From Actinomycetota bacterium (GTDB taxonomy: Bacteria; Actinomycetota; Actinomycetes; S36-B12): a stretch of DNA of 58,123 nt. The translations under genes were made by a program, and so were the position numbers. Below are positions 18,658 to 28,816 of this stretch, in pieces. The stretch lies in NCBI GenBank assembly GCA_046091195.1, contig JBJTBD010000065.1, positions 1-58,123 on the forward strand. The letters run 5' to 3'. Below the pieces are notes generated by a model. That model saw only the letters and a list, made by a program, of their open reading frames with translations. It was not told the DNA's origin and made no database searches. Positions within the stretch are counted from its first letter, which is position 1. Each line of letters starts with the position of its first letter.

Positions 18658-19583
18658 GTTTGCGCCGCCACGGCCTGGGCGAAGAGTCGACCCGCGCGGT
18701 AGCTGGAGCGCACGAGGGGTCCGCTCATGACCCCGAGGAACCCAATTTCCTCAGCGCGTTCGGACCAGCGCACGAACTCATCCGGATGCACCCACCGCTC
18801 GACCGGATGGTGACGCTTCGTGGGGCGTAGGTACTGCGTGATCGTGATCAGATCGCACCCGGAGTCGTGCAGGTCTCGCAGTGCGTGATCGATCTCGTCG
18901 TCAGTTTCACCGAGGCCGAGGAGGAGATTGCTCTTGGTCACCAGGCCCGCGGTGCGCGCCTGCGTCAGGACATCAAGGCTGCGCTCGTATCGGAACGCGG
19001 GACGGATCCGGCTGAAGATGCGCGGAACCGTTTCGAGATTGTGGGCCAGCACACTTGGCTGCGCATCGAACACCTGGCCGAGGAGTGCGGGATTTCCGGA
19101 AAAGTCGGGGATGAGGACCTCGACCCCGATGCCCGGGTTGAGGTAATGGATCTGCCGCACCGTCTCCGCGTACAGCCAGGCACCCTCGTCGGGGAGATCA
19201 TCGCGTGCGACTCCGGTCACCGTGGCGTAGCGAAGACCCATGGACTGGACGGACTCCGCCACCCGCCGGGGCTCATCGCGGTCCAGGGGTGAGGGCTTGC
19301 CCGTATCGATCTGGCAGAAGTCGCAGCGACGGGTGCATTGCTCACCGCCGATGAGGAAGGTCGCCTCCCGGTCCTCCCAGCACTCGTAGATGTTGGGGCA
19401 GCCGGCCTCCTGGCACACCGTGTGCAGGCCCTCGCGCGCGACGAGGTCGCGGATCTGGGTGTACTCGGGTCCGGTCTTCATCGAGGTGCGGATCCAGGTG
19501 GGCTTGCGCTCGATCGGGACCGCGGCGTTGCGCGCCTCGATGCGCAGCAGCCTGCGACCCTCGGGATCGACGCCGACACTCAC
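18654..19583 (-). CDS. lipA: lipoyl synthase
   Basis: [13 protein letters not shown] and [10 protein letters not shown] cluster motifs, with C-terminal [11 protein letters not shown] start overlaps the lipB stop. Confidence 0.95.
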   Translation of the reverse strand: MSVGVDPEGRRLLRIEARNAAVPIERKPTWIRTSMKTGPEYTQIRDLVAREGLHTVCQEAGCPNIYECWEDREATFLIGGEQCTRRCDFCQIDTGKPSPLDRDEPRRVAESVQSMGLRYATVTGVARDDLPDEGAWLYAETVRQIHYLNPGIGVEVLIPDFSGNPALLGQVFDAQPSVLAHNLETVPRIFSRIRPAFRYERSLDVLTQARTAGLVTKSNLLLGLGETDDEIDHALRDLHDSGCDLITITQYLRPTKRHHPVERWVHPDEFVRWSERAEEIGFLGVMSGPLVRSSYRAGRLFAQAVAAQT

Positions 19584-20236
19584 GCGGTCAGCCTAGGTAA
19601 GAGCGACAGGTGGGGCAGCAGCATCTCGGTGACCTCGGGCACGCTCACGTCGCGACCGAGTTCCCTGCTGAGCGACGTCACCGACGCATCTCTGATCCCG
19701 CACGGCACGATGCGGTCGAACCAGGAGAGGTCGCAGTCGCAGTTCAGGGCGAAGCCGTGCATCGTCACGCCCTCGGCGACGCGGATTCCGATGGCCGCGA
19801 TCTTCCGGTCCGGTCCCCGGTCGTCCTGCGGAACCCAGACTCCGCTGCGGCCCTCGACGCGATCGGTAGAGAGGCCGAAGTCCGCACACACTGCGATGAT
19901 CATCGACTCGATGCGGCGGACGTGTGCGACGACGTCGATCGGATCGGGTAGCCGCAGGATCGGGTAGCCGACGAGTTGGCCCGGGCCGTGCCAGGTGATC
20001 TTCCCGCCGCGATCGACGTCGATCACCGGCGTTCCATCGAGCGGCCGCTCGAGCATCTCGGTGCGACGCCGCGCGGTGTAGACGGGCGGGTGCTCGAGCA
20101 GCAGGACGACATCGGGTGCGCCGGCGACCACATCCGCATGCACGCGGCGCTGCAGCTCCCACGCGGACTGGTACTCCACTGCATCGTCGCCGAAACCGAC
20201 GATGCGCACGTCGAGCGCCAGCGCCTCAGGTGTCAC
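19580..20236 (-). CDS. lipB: lipoyl(octanoyl) transferase
   Basis: [28 protein letters not shown] and IVPCGI motifs. Confidence 0.9.
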   Translation of the reverse strand: MTPEALALDVRIVGFGDDAVEYQSAWELQRRVHADVVAGAPDVVLLLEHPPVYTARRRTEMLERPLDGTPVIDVDRGGKITWHGPGQLVGYPILRLPDPIDVVAHVRRIESMIIAVCADFGLSTDRVEGRSGVWVPQDDRGPDRKIAAIGIRVAEGVTMHGFALNCDCDLSWFDRIVPCGIRDASVTSLSRELGRDVSVPEVTEMLLPHLSLLPRLTA

Positions 20237-21489
20237 TCGATGACCCTAACCCCGAGCGAACGGAGCGCTGCATCGGCTGCACGGCGTCCGCTCACCATCG
20301 CGCCCTGGATGGAGGAGGTGTCCCGATGATCACCCGCGACGAAGAGTCCGTCGCCGAGAGACACCGGGCGCCGCACTTCGAAGGGTGGCAGCATGGCCGG
20401 GAGTGCATGGGCGATGGGGTACACACCGATCATTTCCCACGTGGTCGTGGGCGTCCCGAGCATGCGCTGGAGGTGCGCGCGCACGCGTTCCAGGTGTTCG
20501 GTACCGGTGTCGGTTCCCAGAACGGATGCGGAGACGAGCACCCGGGAATCGGGGGAGTAGCTCGCCACCGCGTTGCTCAACGCCACCGTGTTGATCACCG
20601 GTCCCGAGTCATCCCCGTCGAGGACCAGCACTCCGAGGCCGTCGGTGATCGTCGTACCCGCGGGCGCCACGAAGTACCAGGTTGTGACGGAGTTCCACTG
20701 GGGTGCAGCAAGTGCGGGAATCAAGGTCGATGCGTTCGTACCGTCTGCGGCGACGATCACCGCGCGTGCCTCGAGGGAGCCGCCGTCGTATTCGACGATG
20801 CCCGGAGCGACCCGCCGAACCGGGCTACCCACGGTGACGGTGCCGTCGGGGAGCGCATCGCGCAGTTGGTAGGGAATCGCGCGCATACCGTGTGCCGGGA
20901 GAGAGGGGCGACCGCGCACGAATGAGCGGAGGGTGAGATCGAGGAAATGCCGAGACGTGCGCAGTTCGGGCTCGAGGAAGACTCCCGTCAGGAAGGGACG
21001 GAGGACGCGGTCGTAGAGACGGGCGTCGATTCCCGCGGCGCGCAGGGCGACGCTGGCGGGCTTGTCTTCCCGGTCGAGCACCTCGTCGATGCGATCGCGC
21101 GAGCAGGACCACGCATAGCGGGCGAATCGCACTTTGCTCGCCACCGACCCGGTGCGCGGCGATGCTGCGTCCGTAGTCCAGCCAGGGAGTCTTCGTGGAT
21201 CACCGAGTCGGGCATGTGATTCGCCCACGGCGACCACCACGCCCGGGGTGAGTGCGGTCAATGCGAGGGCATCGTGGTCGAGAACCCGTGCCGGCTCTGG
21301 ATACGCGGGGTTGTAGAGCTGGAATCCGCGGTCGAGGAGGAATCCGTCCACGGCATCGGTGCGCACGCGTCCACCGACATCATCTGCGGCTTCGATGACT
21401 CGCACGTCGAGACCATGGATCGCCACCTCGCGTGCGGCGGCGAGGCCGGCGAGGCCGGCACCGACGACGGCGATGTCGTAGCGGGCCAT
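20233..21489 (-). CDS. NAD(P)/FAD-dependent oxidoreductase (amine-oxidase/phytoene-desaturase-like fold)
   Basis: Start [22 protein letters not shown] (cat 21487-21489). GxGxxG dinucleotide motif, with C-terminal [24 protein letters not shown] typical of the family. Confidence 0.75.
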   Translation of the reverse strand: MARYDIAVVGAGLAGLAAAREVAIHGLDVRVIEAADDVGGRVRTDAVDGFLLDRGFQLYNPAYPEPARVLDHDALALTALTPGVVVAVGESHARLGDPRRLPGWTTDAASPRTGSVASKVRFARYAWSCSRDRIDEVLDREDKPASVALRAAGIDARLYDRVLRPFLTGVFLEPELRTSRHFLDLTLRSFVRGRPSLPAHGMRAIPYQLRDALPDGTVTVGSPVRRVAPGIVEYDGGSLEARAVIVAADGTNASTLIPALAAPQWNSVTTWYFVAPAGTTITDGLGVLVLDGDDSGPVINTVALSNAVASYSPDSRVLVSASVLGTDTGTEHLERVRAHLQRMLGTPTTTWEMIGVYPIAHALPAMLPPFEVRRPVSLGDGLFVAGDHRDTSSIQGAMVSGRRAADAALRSLGVRVIE

Positions 21490-21493
21490 AGCC

Positions 21494-22387
21494 CTAGGAA
21501 TCGAGCGCTGCGCGGATGGCGCTGCTGATGGTGGGGTCGAGCCAGGTGAATCCGTGCTGCTCGAGGACCGTGGGAAGTACGCGGATGCTGCCGAGGACTT
21601 CGGAGGAGAACTCACCGAGCACCGTCTTCAGGGCCAGCGCGGGAACGGGGAACAGGGTCGGACGCCCGAGGACGCGCCCCATCGCCGCGGTGATCTCCGC
21701 ATTGGTCGAGGGTTGCGGTGCGACGAGGTTCACCGCGCCGGTGAGGTCCTCGCGTTCGGCGAGGAGCTGCAGTGCGCGGACTTCGTCGCGCAGGGAGATC
21801 CATGACCAGTACTGACGACCCGAGCCCATGCGGCCACCGAGGCCGAGCCGGAACAGCGGGAACATGCGCGACCAGGCACCGCCCTCCTTGGCCACCACCA
21901 GCCCGGTGCGCGCGTGGGTGACGCGGATACCGGCTGCCGCAGCGGGCTCGGACGCGGCCTCCCATGCCCGTACGACGTCCGCGAGGAATCCGGTTCCCGC
22001 GGGGGAGGACTCGTCCACGGCGCGATCACCGGTATCCCCGTAGTAACCGATCGCGGAGCCGGCGACGAGTGCCTGCGGACGCGGTTCGAGCTCGAGCATC
22101 GCGCGCACGATCGTGTGCGTGCCATCGACGCGTGAGTCGAGGATCTCGCGCTTGTACTCATCGGTCCACCGGTGATCCCCCACACCGGCACCCGCGAGGT
22201 GGACGACGACATCCGTTCCCGCCAGACCTGCAACATCGACCGTGCCCCGCTTCGGATCCCAGCGCACTTCGTCGGGGCCCTGCGGATCGCGGCGGACCAG
22301 ACGGAGAACCTCATTGCCCTCCGCACGCAGATGCCGGACAAGGGCCCCACCGATGAGGCCCGATGCCCCCGTCACCGCGTAGCGCAT
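21494..22387 (-). CDS. TIGR01777-type epimerase family protein (SDR39U1-like, C-terminal DUF1731)
   Basis: MRYAVTGASGLIGGALVRHL. 297 aa. Occupies the conserved position between E2 and lipB (as Rv2216 does). Confidence 0.8.
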   Translation of the reverse strand: MRYAVTGASGLIGGALVRHLRAEGNEVLRLVRRDPQGPDEVRWDPKRGTVDVAGLAGTDVVVHLAGAGVGDHRWTDEYKREILDSRVDGTHTIVRAMLELEPRPQALVAGSAIGYYGDTGDRAVDESSPAGTGFLADVVRAWEAASEPAAAAGIRVTHARTGLVVAKEGGAWSRMFPLFRLGLGGRMGSGRQYWSWISLRDEVRALQLLAEREDLTGAVNLVAPQPSTNAEITAAMGRVLGRPTLFPVPALALKTVLGEFSSEVLGSIRVLPTVLEQHGFTWLDPTISSAIRAALDS

Positions 22388-22392
22388 GACGA

Positions 22393-24039
22393 CTACAGCC
22401 CGAGCTCGGCGTCGAACTCCGCTGATTCCAGGCGCGACTTGATCACCGAAAGGAACCGTGCGGCGTCGGCACCATCGACGATGCGATGGTCGTACGACAG
22501 GGCGAGGTAGACCATCGATCGGATGGCGATCACGTCCTGACCGGCGTCATCCTGGGTGACGATCGGGCGCTTCACGACCGAACCGGTTCCCAGGATCGCG
22601 ACCTGCGGCATGTTGACGATCGGCGTGTCGAAGAGAGCACCGCGACTTCCGGTGTTGGTCACCGTGAAGGTGCCACCGGACAACTCTTCCGGGGAGACCT
22701 TGTTGGTGCGGGTGCGCTCGGCGAGGTCGGCGATCTTGCGCGCCAATCCGGCGATGCTGAGATCACCGGCGTCGCGGATCACCGGCACGAGCAGGCCGCG
22801 CTCGGTGTCTACGGCGATGCCGAGGTTCTCCTGATCGTGATACGTGACAGTGCGCGCCTCCATGTTTATCGACGCGTTCAACTGCGGGAACTGCTTCAGG
22901 GCCTCGATCGCCGCCTTGCAGAAGAACGGCAGGAAGGTCAGCTTCACGCCCTCGCGCGCTTCGAAATCCCGCTTCACGCGGGTGCGCAGGCCGTTGATGC
23001 GTGTGACATCGACCTCGACGACCGTGGTCAACTGCGCGGAGGTCTGCAGCGACTCGAGCATGCGCTCGGCGATGATCTGGCGCAGTCGCGACATCTTCTC
23101 GGTGCGCCCGCGGAGCGCGGCTGGTGCCGCTGGAGCTGCGGGTGCCGCTGGAGTCGTGGAGACCGGAATCGGTGTCGGGGGCTTCGGTGGTGCTGCGGGA
23201 GCGGCCGGTGCCGGTGCCGGCTCGGGGGGAGAATCCTGTCCTGCGGCGGCGAGGACATCGGACTTCCGGATTCGGCCGCCCACTCCGGTTCCCGTCACGC
23301 GGGACAGGTCCACCCCGTGCTGCGCGGCCAGACGGCGGACGAGCGGGGTGACGTAGGAATCGGATGCGTCGGACGCTTCTGCGACCGCGGGAGCGGTGGG
23401 TGCTGGGGCCGGTGCTGCCGGAGTCGGTGCGGGGGCAGCGGGTGCGGAAGCCGGTGCTCCGGATGCAATGCGACCGCTTTCCGATCCGACGGGAACCACC
23501 GCATCCTGGGCCGCGGTGATCGCGACGAGGACGCCACTGGCCGGGGCCGGAATCTCGGTGTCGACCTTGTCGGTGGAGATCTCGAGCAGTGGTTCGTCGG
23601 CGACGACGGTGTCGCCGACGGCCTTGAGCCAGCGGGTGACCGTTCCCTCGGTCACGCTCTCCCCCAGTGCCGGGAGTACGACCGAGGTCTCGCTCCCCGA
23701 TGCGACGGGGACGGGTGCCGCCGGGGCCGCGGGAGCGGGTGCTGCAGGAGCGGGTGCTGCAGGAGCGGGTGCTGCAGGAGGGGGAGTCGTGGGGGCGTCC
23801 GCGCTGTCGCCGATCACTCCGAGCGGTGCACCCACCGCCACGACGTCGTCTTCCTGGGCTGCGATCGAGACGAGGACGCCACTGGCCGGTGCGGGGATCT
23901 CGGTATCGACCTTGTCGGTGGAGATCTCGAGCAGTGGTTCGTCGGCGACGACGGTGTCGCCGACGGCCTTGAGCCAGCGGGTGACGGTTCCTTCGGTGAC
24001 GCTCTCGCCGAGTTGCGGCATGGTCACGGTGACCGACAT
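22393..24039 (-). CDS. sucB: 2-oxoacid dehydrogenase E2 component (dihydrolipoyllysine-residue succinyl/acetyltransferase) with two lipoyl domains
   Basis: Two lipoyl domains ([17 protein letters not shown] twice), Pro/Ala linkers, a subunit-binding domain ([19 protein letters not shown]) and a catalytic domain with [16 protein letters not shown]. Confidence 0.9.
   Translation of the reverse strand: MSVTVTMPQLGESVTEGTVTRWLKAVGDTVVADEPLLEISTDKVDTEIPAPASGVLVSIAAQEDDVVAVGAPLGVIGDSADAPTTPPPAAPAPAAPAPAAPAPAAPAAPVPVASGSETSVVLPALGESVTEGTVTRWLKAVGDTVVADEPLLEISTDKVDTEIPAPASGVLVAITAAQDAVVPVGSESGRIASGAPASAPAAPAPTPAAPAPAPTAPAVAEASDASDSYVTPLVRRLAAQHGVDLSRVTGTGVGGRIRKSDVLAAAGQDSPPEPAPAPAAPAAPPKPPTPIPVSTTPAAPAAPAAPAALRGRTEKMSRLRQIIAERMLESLQTSAQLTTVVEVDVTRINGLRTRVKRDFEAREGVKLTFLPFFCKAAIEALKQFPQLNASINMEARTVTYHDQENLGIAVDTERGLLVPVIRDAGDLSIAGLARKIADLAERTRTNKVSPEELSGGTFTVTNTGSRGALFDTPIVNMPQVAILGTGSVVKRPIVTQDDAGQDVIAIRSMVYLALSYDHRIVDGADAARFLSVIKSRLESAEFDAELGL
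23524..24012. repeat. near-identical 144-bp direct repeat (23524-23667 and 23869-24012) encoding the duplicated lipoyl-domain core
   Basis: The two copies are offset by 345 bp. Both encode the same 48-aa stretch ([48 protein letters not shown]), and the DNA differs only at a few synonymous sites. Confidence 0.9.
23735..23779. repeat. 3 x 15-bp perfect tandem repeat in the Pro/Ala linker of E2
   Basis: GCGGGTGCTGCAGGA occurs three times on the plus strand, encoding (APAAP)n on the minus strand. Confidence 0.9.
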
Positions 24040-24056
24040 CGTCCTACTCCTTCTCG

Positions 24057-25445
24057 TTATGCGTGGGAGTGCAGGGGCTTGCCGGCGAGTGCGAGGTGTG
24101 CCTCGCCCATCGCCTCATTCTGTGTGGGGTGCGCATGGATCAGGGTGGCGACATCTTCTGGATATGCCTCCCAATTCACGATCAGTTGTGCTTCACCGAT
24201 CTGCTCGCCGACGCGGGAGCCGACCATGTGGACGCCGATGACGGGTCCGTCCTTGAGTTGCACCAGCTTGATGAACCCCGCCGTGTCGAGGATCTGGCTC
24301 TTGCCGTTGCCGCCCAGGTTGTATTCGTAGGTCGTCACGGCATCCGCGCCGTGCGCGGCCTTCGCCTCAGCCTCCGTCAGGCCGACGCTGGCGACCTCGG
24401 GTTCGCAGTAGGTGACGCGGGGGATGTTCACGTCGGAGATCACCACCGGGTTCAGGCCAGCGATGTCCTCGGCGACGAAGATCCCGTGCTGGAATCCGCG
24501 GTGCGCGAGTTGGAGTCCGGGGGTGATGTCACCGACCGCGTAGATGCCGGGAATGTTCGTGCGCAGGCGATCATCGACGAGCACCCAACCACGCTCCATC
24601 GCGATGCCCTGCTCGTCATATCCCATGCCGGCCGTGTTCGGTCCGCGTCCCACGGCCACGAGCAGGATCTCGGCGGTCACGGTCTTCCCGTCTTCGAGGG
24701 TGACGGTCACACCCGTCGCGTCCTGGGTTGCGGAGGCGAACCTGGTGCCGAGGATGAAGGTGATCCCACGCTTGCGATAGGCGCGCTCGAGGGCCTTCGA
24801 GCAGGCTTCATCCTCGTTGGGCACCAGGTGCGGAAGACCTTCGACGATCGTGACCTCGGAGCCGAAGGAGCGCCAGACACTGGCGAATTCGACACCGATC
24901 ACCCCGCCTCCGAGGACGATCACGCTCGTGGGGACGTAGTCGAGATTGAGGGCCTGATCGGAGGTCATGATGCGGCCACCGATCTCGAGGCCCGGGAGGG
25001 TGCGTGCGTAGGAACCCGTTGCGAGGACGACGTTCGTTCCGGTGTACTTCTCGCCGTTCACCTCGACGGTGTTCGGGCCGACGAGGCGTCCTTCGCCCTC
25101 GACCAACGTGATGTCGCGGCTCTTGACCAGACCCTGAAGTCCCTTATAGAGACGCGCCACGACCCCGTCGCGGTACTCGTTCACCTTGGGCATGTCGATG
25201 CCGTCGAGGTTGGCCTTCACGCCGAAGTGCTCGGACTCGCGGGCGCTATCCGCCACCTCGGCTGCGTGGAGGAGGGCTTTCGTGGGGATGCATCCGCGGT
25301 GCAGGCAGGTGCCACCAAGCTTGTCCCGGTCGATCAGGATCACACTCTTGCCCAACTCGGCTGCGCGCAGCGCACACGCGTAGCCCCCGCTGCCTCCTCC
25401 GAGAATAACCAGATCTGCCTGCGGCACGCGACTGCTCCTCACCAA
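24057..25445 (-). CDS. lpdA: dihydrolipoyl dehydrogenase
   Basis: [29 protein letters not shown] redox disulfide, and C-terminal HAHPTQNEA His-Glu dyad. Confidence 0.9.
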   Translation of the reverse strand: MVRSSRVPQADLVILGGGSGGYACALRAAELGKSVILIDRDKLGGTCLHRGCIPTKALLHAAEVADSARESEHFGVKANLDGIDMPKVNEYRDGVVARLYKGLQGLVKSRDITLVEGEGRLVGPNTVEVNGEKYTGTNVVLATGSYARTLPGLEIGGRIMTSDQALNLDYVPTSVIVLGGGVIGVEFASVWRSFGSEVTIVEGLPHLVPNEDEACSKALERAYRKRGITFILGTRFASATQDATGVTVTLEDGKTVTAEILLVAVGRGPNTAGMGYDEQGIAMERGWVLVDDRLRTNIPGIYAVGDITPGLQLAHRGFQHGIFVAEDIAGLNPVVISDVNIPRVTYCEPEVASVGLTEAEAKAAHGADAVTTYEYNLGGNGKSQILDTAGFIKLVQLKDGPVIGVHMVGSRVGEQIGEAQLIVNWEAYPEDVATLIHAHPTQNEAMGEAHLALAGKPLHSHA

Positions 25446-25505
25446 GTGATTGGGACGCCTTTATCCTTCCACCGTCCCACGGGTGAGTTCACTCGGGCCG
25501 GTTCT

Positions 25506-26987
25506 TCACCTGCTGTTCGCCAACCGGCGGGCCATTTCGACGAAGGTGCGCACCGCGGCACCCGTCCCGCCCTTGGGGGTGTAGCCGTAGGCAGCCTTGT
25601 CATTGAACGCCGGGCCGGCAATGTCCAGATGTACCCAGGGCTGCCCCGGGGGGATGAACTCCTTCAGGAACACCCCGGCCGAGAGCATCCCGCCCATGCG
25701 GTCGCCGATGTTGGCGATGTCGGCGGTTGCGGAGTCAAGGGAGCTGCGCAGATCCTCCGGCAGGGGCATCGGCCACATCGCCTCGCCCGCTGCATCGGCG
25801 GCCTCGCACACCTGAGTGCGTGCATCGTCCTTGTTCGACATGACTCCCGCGGTGCGGCTTCCGAGGGCGATTCGCTGCGCACCGGTCAACGTGGCCGCGT
25901 CGATGATGAGATCGGGCTTCTCCTCGACGGCCATGCCCAGCGCGTCAGCGAGGATCAGGCGCCCCTCGGCGTCGGTGTTGAGCACTTCGACCGTGGTGCC
26001 GTCGTAGGTGCTGAAGACGTCACCGGGTCGCTGCGCCGTTCCGCTGGGCATGTTCTCGGCGCTCGGCACCCAGCCTGTGACGCGCACGGGGAGTCGCAAT
26101 GCTGCAATGGCCTGCATCGCCGCGATCACGGCAGCTGCACCCGCCATATCGCCCTTCATCTCGTCCATATTGGCCGCGGGCTTGATCGAGATACCGCCGG
26201 TGTCGAATGTGATGCCCTTACCTACGATCGCCAAATGCTTCGACGCACCCTTCGGTGCGTACTCGAGCTTCACTAGGCGCGGTGGGTTCGCCGAACCCTG
26301 GCCCACGGCCAGGATTCCGCCGCAGCCATCTCGCTGCAACGCCTTCTCGTCCCAGATGGTGACCTTCACCGGTGCAGCCGCCACCGCGGCCTTCGCCTCG
26401 CGGGCGAGTGTCGCGGGCGGCAGCGCGTTCGGTGGAGTGTTGACCAGGTCACGGGCGAGGTCGACCGCGTCACCGATAACCGCGACTTCATGGACGAGAG
26501 ACCGCTGCTCGGCGCTGACACGGTCCGCACAGAGGAAGGTGATCGTCTGCACCGGAGAGTTCTCCTTCTTCGGTGCGGACTTGAAGGCGGTGAAAGCGTA
26601 GTTCGCGAGCCGCGCTCCGAGTACGGCTGCTGCCCAGTTCTCTTGAGGGAGGACGATCGATATCCGACGCTTTCCCGTCAACGCTCGTACGGCATTCCCG
26701 TACGAACGTCGGACGGATTCCGCATCCGCAGATTTCGCTGCGTCACCGAGCCCGACCGTCACAACGAGTCCGGCCTTGATCCCGGAGACGTCTGCGAGCT
26801 TCGTGACCTCACCTGCGGTGCCGGTCGCCCCCAAGGCGCGCGCGGCATTCACGATCTTCTCGGTCTGGGATCTGGTCAGGTCGGGCGTGGCCACGGTGAT
26901 GGTTGATCCCTTGGGCTGGATGGGGAGGACCAGTGCTTCCCCGGCGGCCTGGGCGGGAGCGGTTGCGGTGATCGTGAGAGTCGTCAT
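25506..26987 (-). CDS. pepA: leucyl aminopeptidase (M17)
   Basis: VGKGITFDTGGISIKP and NTDAEGRLILADAL motifs. 493 aa. Confidence 0.9.
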   Translation of the reverse strand: MTTLTITATAPAQAAGEALVLPIQPKGSTITVATPDLTRSQTEKIVNAARALGATGTAGEVTKLADVSGIKAGLVVTVGLGDAAKSADAESVRRSYGNAVRALTGKRRISIVLPQENWAAAVLGARLANYAFTAFKSAPKKENSPVQTITFLCADRVSAEQRSLVHEVAVIGDAVDLARDLVNTPPNALPPATLAREAKAAVAAAPVKVTIWDEKALQRDGCGGILAVGQGSANPPRLVKLEYAPKGASKHLAIVGKGITFDTGGISIKPAANMDEMKGDMAGAAAVIAAMQAIAALRLPVRVTGWVPSAENMPSGTAQRPGDVFSTYDGTTVEVLNTDAEGRLILADALGMAVEEKPDLIIDAATLTGAQRIALGSRTAGVMSNKDDARTQVCEAADAAGEAMWPMPLPEDLRSSLDSATADIANIGDRMGGMLSAGVFLKEFIPPGQPWVHLDIAGPAFNDKAAYGYTPKGGTGAAVRTFVEMARRLANSR

Positions 26988-27050
26988 GTTCGCAGGTTAG
27001 TCAGGATCACAGCGTTCGCGCCCGGGTGGTCACGTCGCTAGCGTTCGTTC

Positions 27051-28139
27051 ATGACCGCACTTCAGCGCACTCCGCTCTTCGACCGGCACGTCCGTCTCGG
27101 CGCCAAGCTGGCCGACTTCGGCGGCTGGGAGATGCCCATCGAGTATTCGGGCACCGTGGGGGAGCACGCCGCCGTTCGTGAAGCGGTCGGGATCTTCGAT
27201 GTATCCCACATGGGGAAGGTGCGGATCACCGGTCCGGGCGCGCTCGATTTCGTCAACGGCATCGTCGCCAACGACGTACATCGCATCGCGGATGGTCAGG
27301 CCCAGTACTCGATGGTGTGCACCGAGGACGGCGGCATCATCGACGACCTCATCGTGTACCGGTTCGGCCCCGAGGACATCTTCATCGTTCCCAACGCGTC
27401 CAATGCCGCAGCGGTGGTCGCCGTCTTCCGGGCTGCCGTGCCACCCCAGATCGACATTGCCGATCAGCACCATGAACGGGGAATCATCGCGGTCCAGGGA
27501 CCTCGCTCTGCCGATGTATTGGAGGCGCTGGGTCTACCGACGGATCACGACTACATGGCGATGGTCGAGGCACCGTGGCGCGACTATCGGGTGCTCGTGT
27601 GTCGCACGGGGTACACCGGTGAGCGCGGTTTCGAACTGATCGCTCCGGCCGCGTCCCTGGGTGAGCTGTGGGATGCGCTGATGATGGAGGTCACCGCCGC
27701 GGGAGGTACGCCCGCAGGGCTCGGTGCGCGCGACACCTTGCGCACCGAGATGGGCTATCCGCTGCATGGCCAGGACATCTCGACCTCGACCACTCCGGTC
27801 GCGGCGGGGCTCGGCTGGGCCGTGGGCTGGGACAAGCCCGCATTTCACGGGCGCGATGCGCTGCTCGCGGTGAAGGCGGCCGGACCGGACCGGCGACTCC
27901 GCGGCGTGATGGTCGTGGGTCGCGGGATCCCGCGGCCGCACATGCCCGTTCACCGCGCGGGTGCGCAAGTGGGGGAGACCACGAGCGGAACCTTCTCTCC
28001 GACCCTGCGTCAGGGAATCGCGTTGGCCTACCTCCCCGTGGACATTGCGGTCGGTGACTCGGTGCAGGTGAATGTGCGTGGCACCCTGGTCGACGCCGAA
28101 GTTGTCACCCCGCCGTTCGTGCCCTCGCACGTGCGTTAG
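27051..28139 (+). CDS. gcvT: glycine cleavage system aminomethyltransferase
   Basis: TPLFDRHVRLGAKLADFGGWEMPIEY, GIFDVSHMGKVRITG and RTGYTGERGFELI. Confidence 0.9.
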   Translation: MTALQRTPLFDRHVRLGAKLADFGGWEMPIEYSGTVGEHAAVREAVGIFDVSHMGKVRITGPGALDFVNGIVANDVHRIADGQAQYSMVCTEDGGIIDDLIVYRFGPEDIFIVPNASNAAAVVAVFRAAVPPQIDIADQHHERGIIAVQGPRSADVLEALGLPTDHDYMAMVEAPWRDYRVLVCRTGYTGERGFELIAPAASLGELWDALMMEVTAAGGTPAGLGARDTLRTEMGYPLHGQDISTSTTPVAAGLGWAVGWDKPAFHGRDALLAVKAAGPDRRLRGVMVVGRGIPRPHMPVHRAGAQVGETTSGTFSPTLRQGIALAYLPVDIAVGDSVQVNVRGTLVDAEVVTPPFVPSHVR

Positions 28140-28807
28140 TCGATACCGATCAGCGCGGCGTGCACACGCGCGCCAATCTCCGAATGGGTGGGGAGTCCTA
28201 GGTCGAGTCCTGGATCGACTCCGATGCGCATCACCGCGGCCCGGATCGCGGGATCGTTGCTCGTCCCGGCCCCGTGCCACCACGTCTTCGCGCGGAACGA
28301 GAGCCGATCCGCGGCGACGGCGGCCGCCCACACGGTCAAGCCTTCGAGCAGAACGGGCGTTCGGCGTGCGCTCGCGGTCACGAGTGCACCGGCCACGTCC
28401 ATCGCATGCGGAACTGTGTCGAGGAGCGCCTCGATGTCACCCTGGTGGGAGCGAAGATCGGCCACCTGGTCCCGGACCAGGATCACCTGTTCCATCCACG
28501 CGGCATCTGTCATCCCGGTGGGTTGGGGAACGACTGCATTCGCCTCTGCGCCCGTCAGCAGAGCAATCAGTGCACGCTCATCCACGGCGTCGTCGGTGGC
28601 CGCTCGAATGACGACAAGGCGCGCACCGGAATCGATGGCCGCGTCGATTCCCGCCGGTTCCACTTCCACGAAGCTGGACGTAGTGACGTCGCGCTCCCGC
28701 AACCAGTGGTGATACGCGCTCAGAGTTGCGCCCTGCGATTCCTCTGCATCACCGGGGCGAGAAGGGGCGGACGTGATGACCGATGCACGGTCGGCGAGTG
28801 CGCCCAT
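28136..28807 (-). CDS. truncated, motif-degenerate CobT-like protein (nicotinate-nucleotide--DMB phosphoribosyltransferase family)
   Basis: 223 aa. From memory, collinear with the C-terminal two-thirds of CobT (ALIALLTG..., RRTPVLLEGLTVWAAAVAA, GVDPGLDLGL...). The GIGNTT-type and LGEGTGA-type motifs read AATDD and THSEIGA. Lies 9 nt downstream of the S-component gene, as the last gene of the riboswitch operon. Confidence 0.5.
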   Translation of the reverse strand: MGALADRASVITSAPSRPGDAEESQGATLSAYHHWLRERDVTTSSFVEVEPAGIDAAIDSGARLVVIRAATDDAVDERALIALLTGAEANAVVPQPTGMTDAAWMEQVILVRDQVADLRSHQGDIEALLDTVPHAMDVAGALVTASARRTPVLLEGLTVWAAAVAADRLSFRAKTWWHGAGTSNDPAIRAAVMRIGVDPGLDLGLPTHSEIGARVHAALIGID

Positions 28808-28816
28808 TTCTCGAGC

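Noticed and set aside
24063-26276. 737-aa ORF on the plus strand, together with similar long antisense ORFs: 22486-24330, 15489-16784, 29737-31251, 39433-41061 and 47005-48711
   Set aside because: Each lies antisense to a gene with an unambiguous family signature (lpd/pepA, sucB, glnA, the ECF ATPase, erpA/PfkB kinase, qcrB). Their translations are Arg/Gly/Asp/His-rich low-complexity strings with no motifs. This is the typical stop-codon-poor shadow frame of high-GC DNA.
26988-27050. Possible glycine riboswitch upstream of gcvT
   Set aside because: Only 63 nt separate pepA and gcvT. That is too short for even a single glycine aptamer, and no conserved GGAGAG...CACCG-type core is visible.
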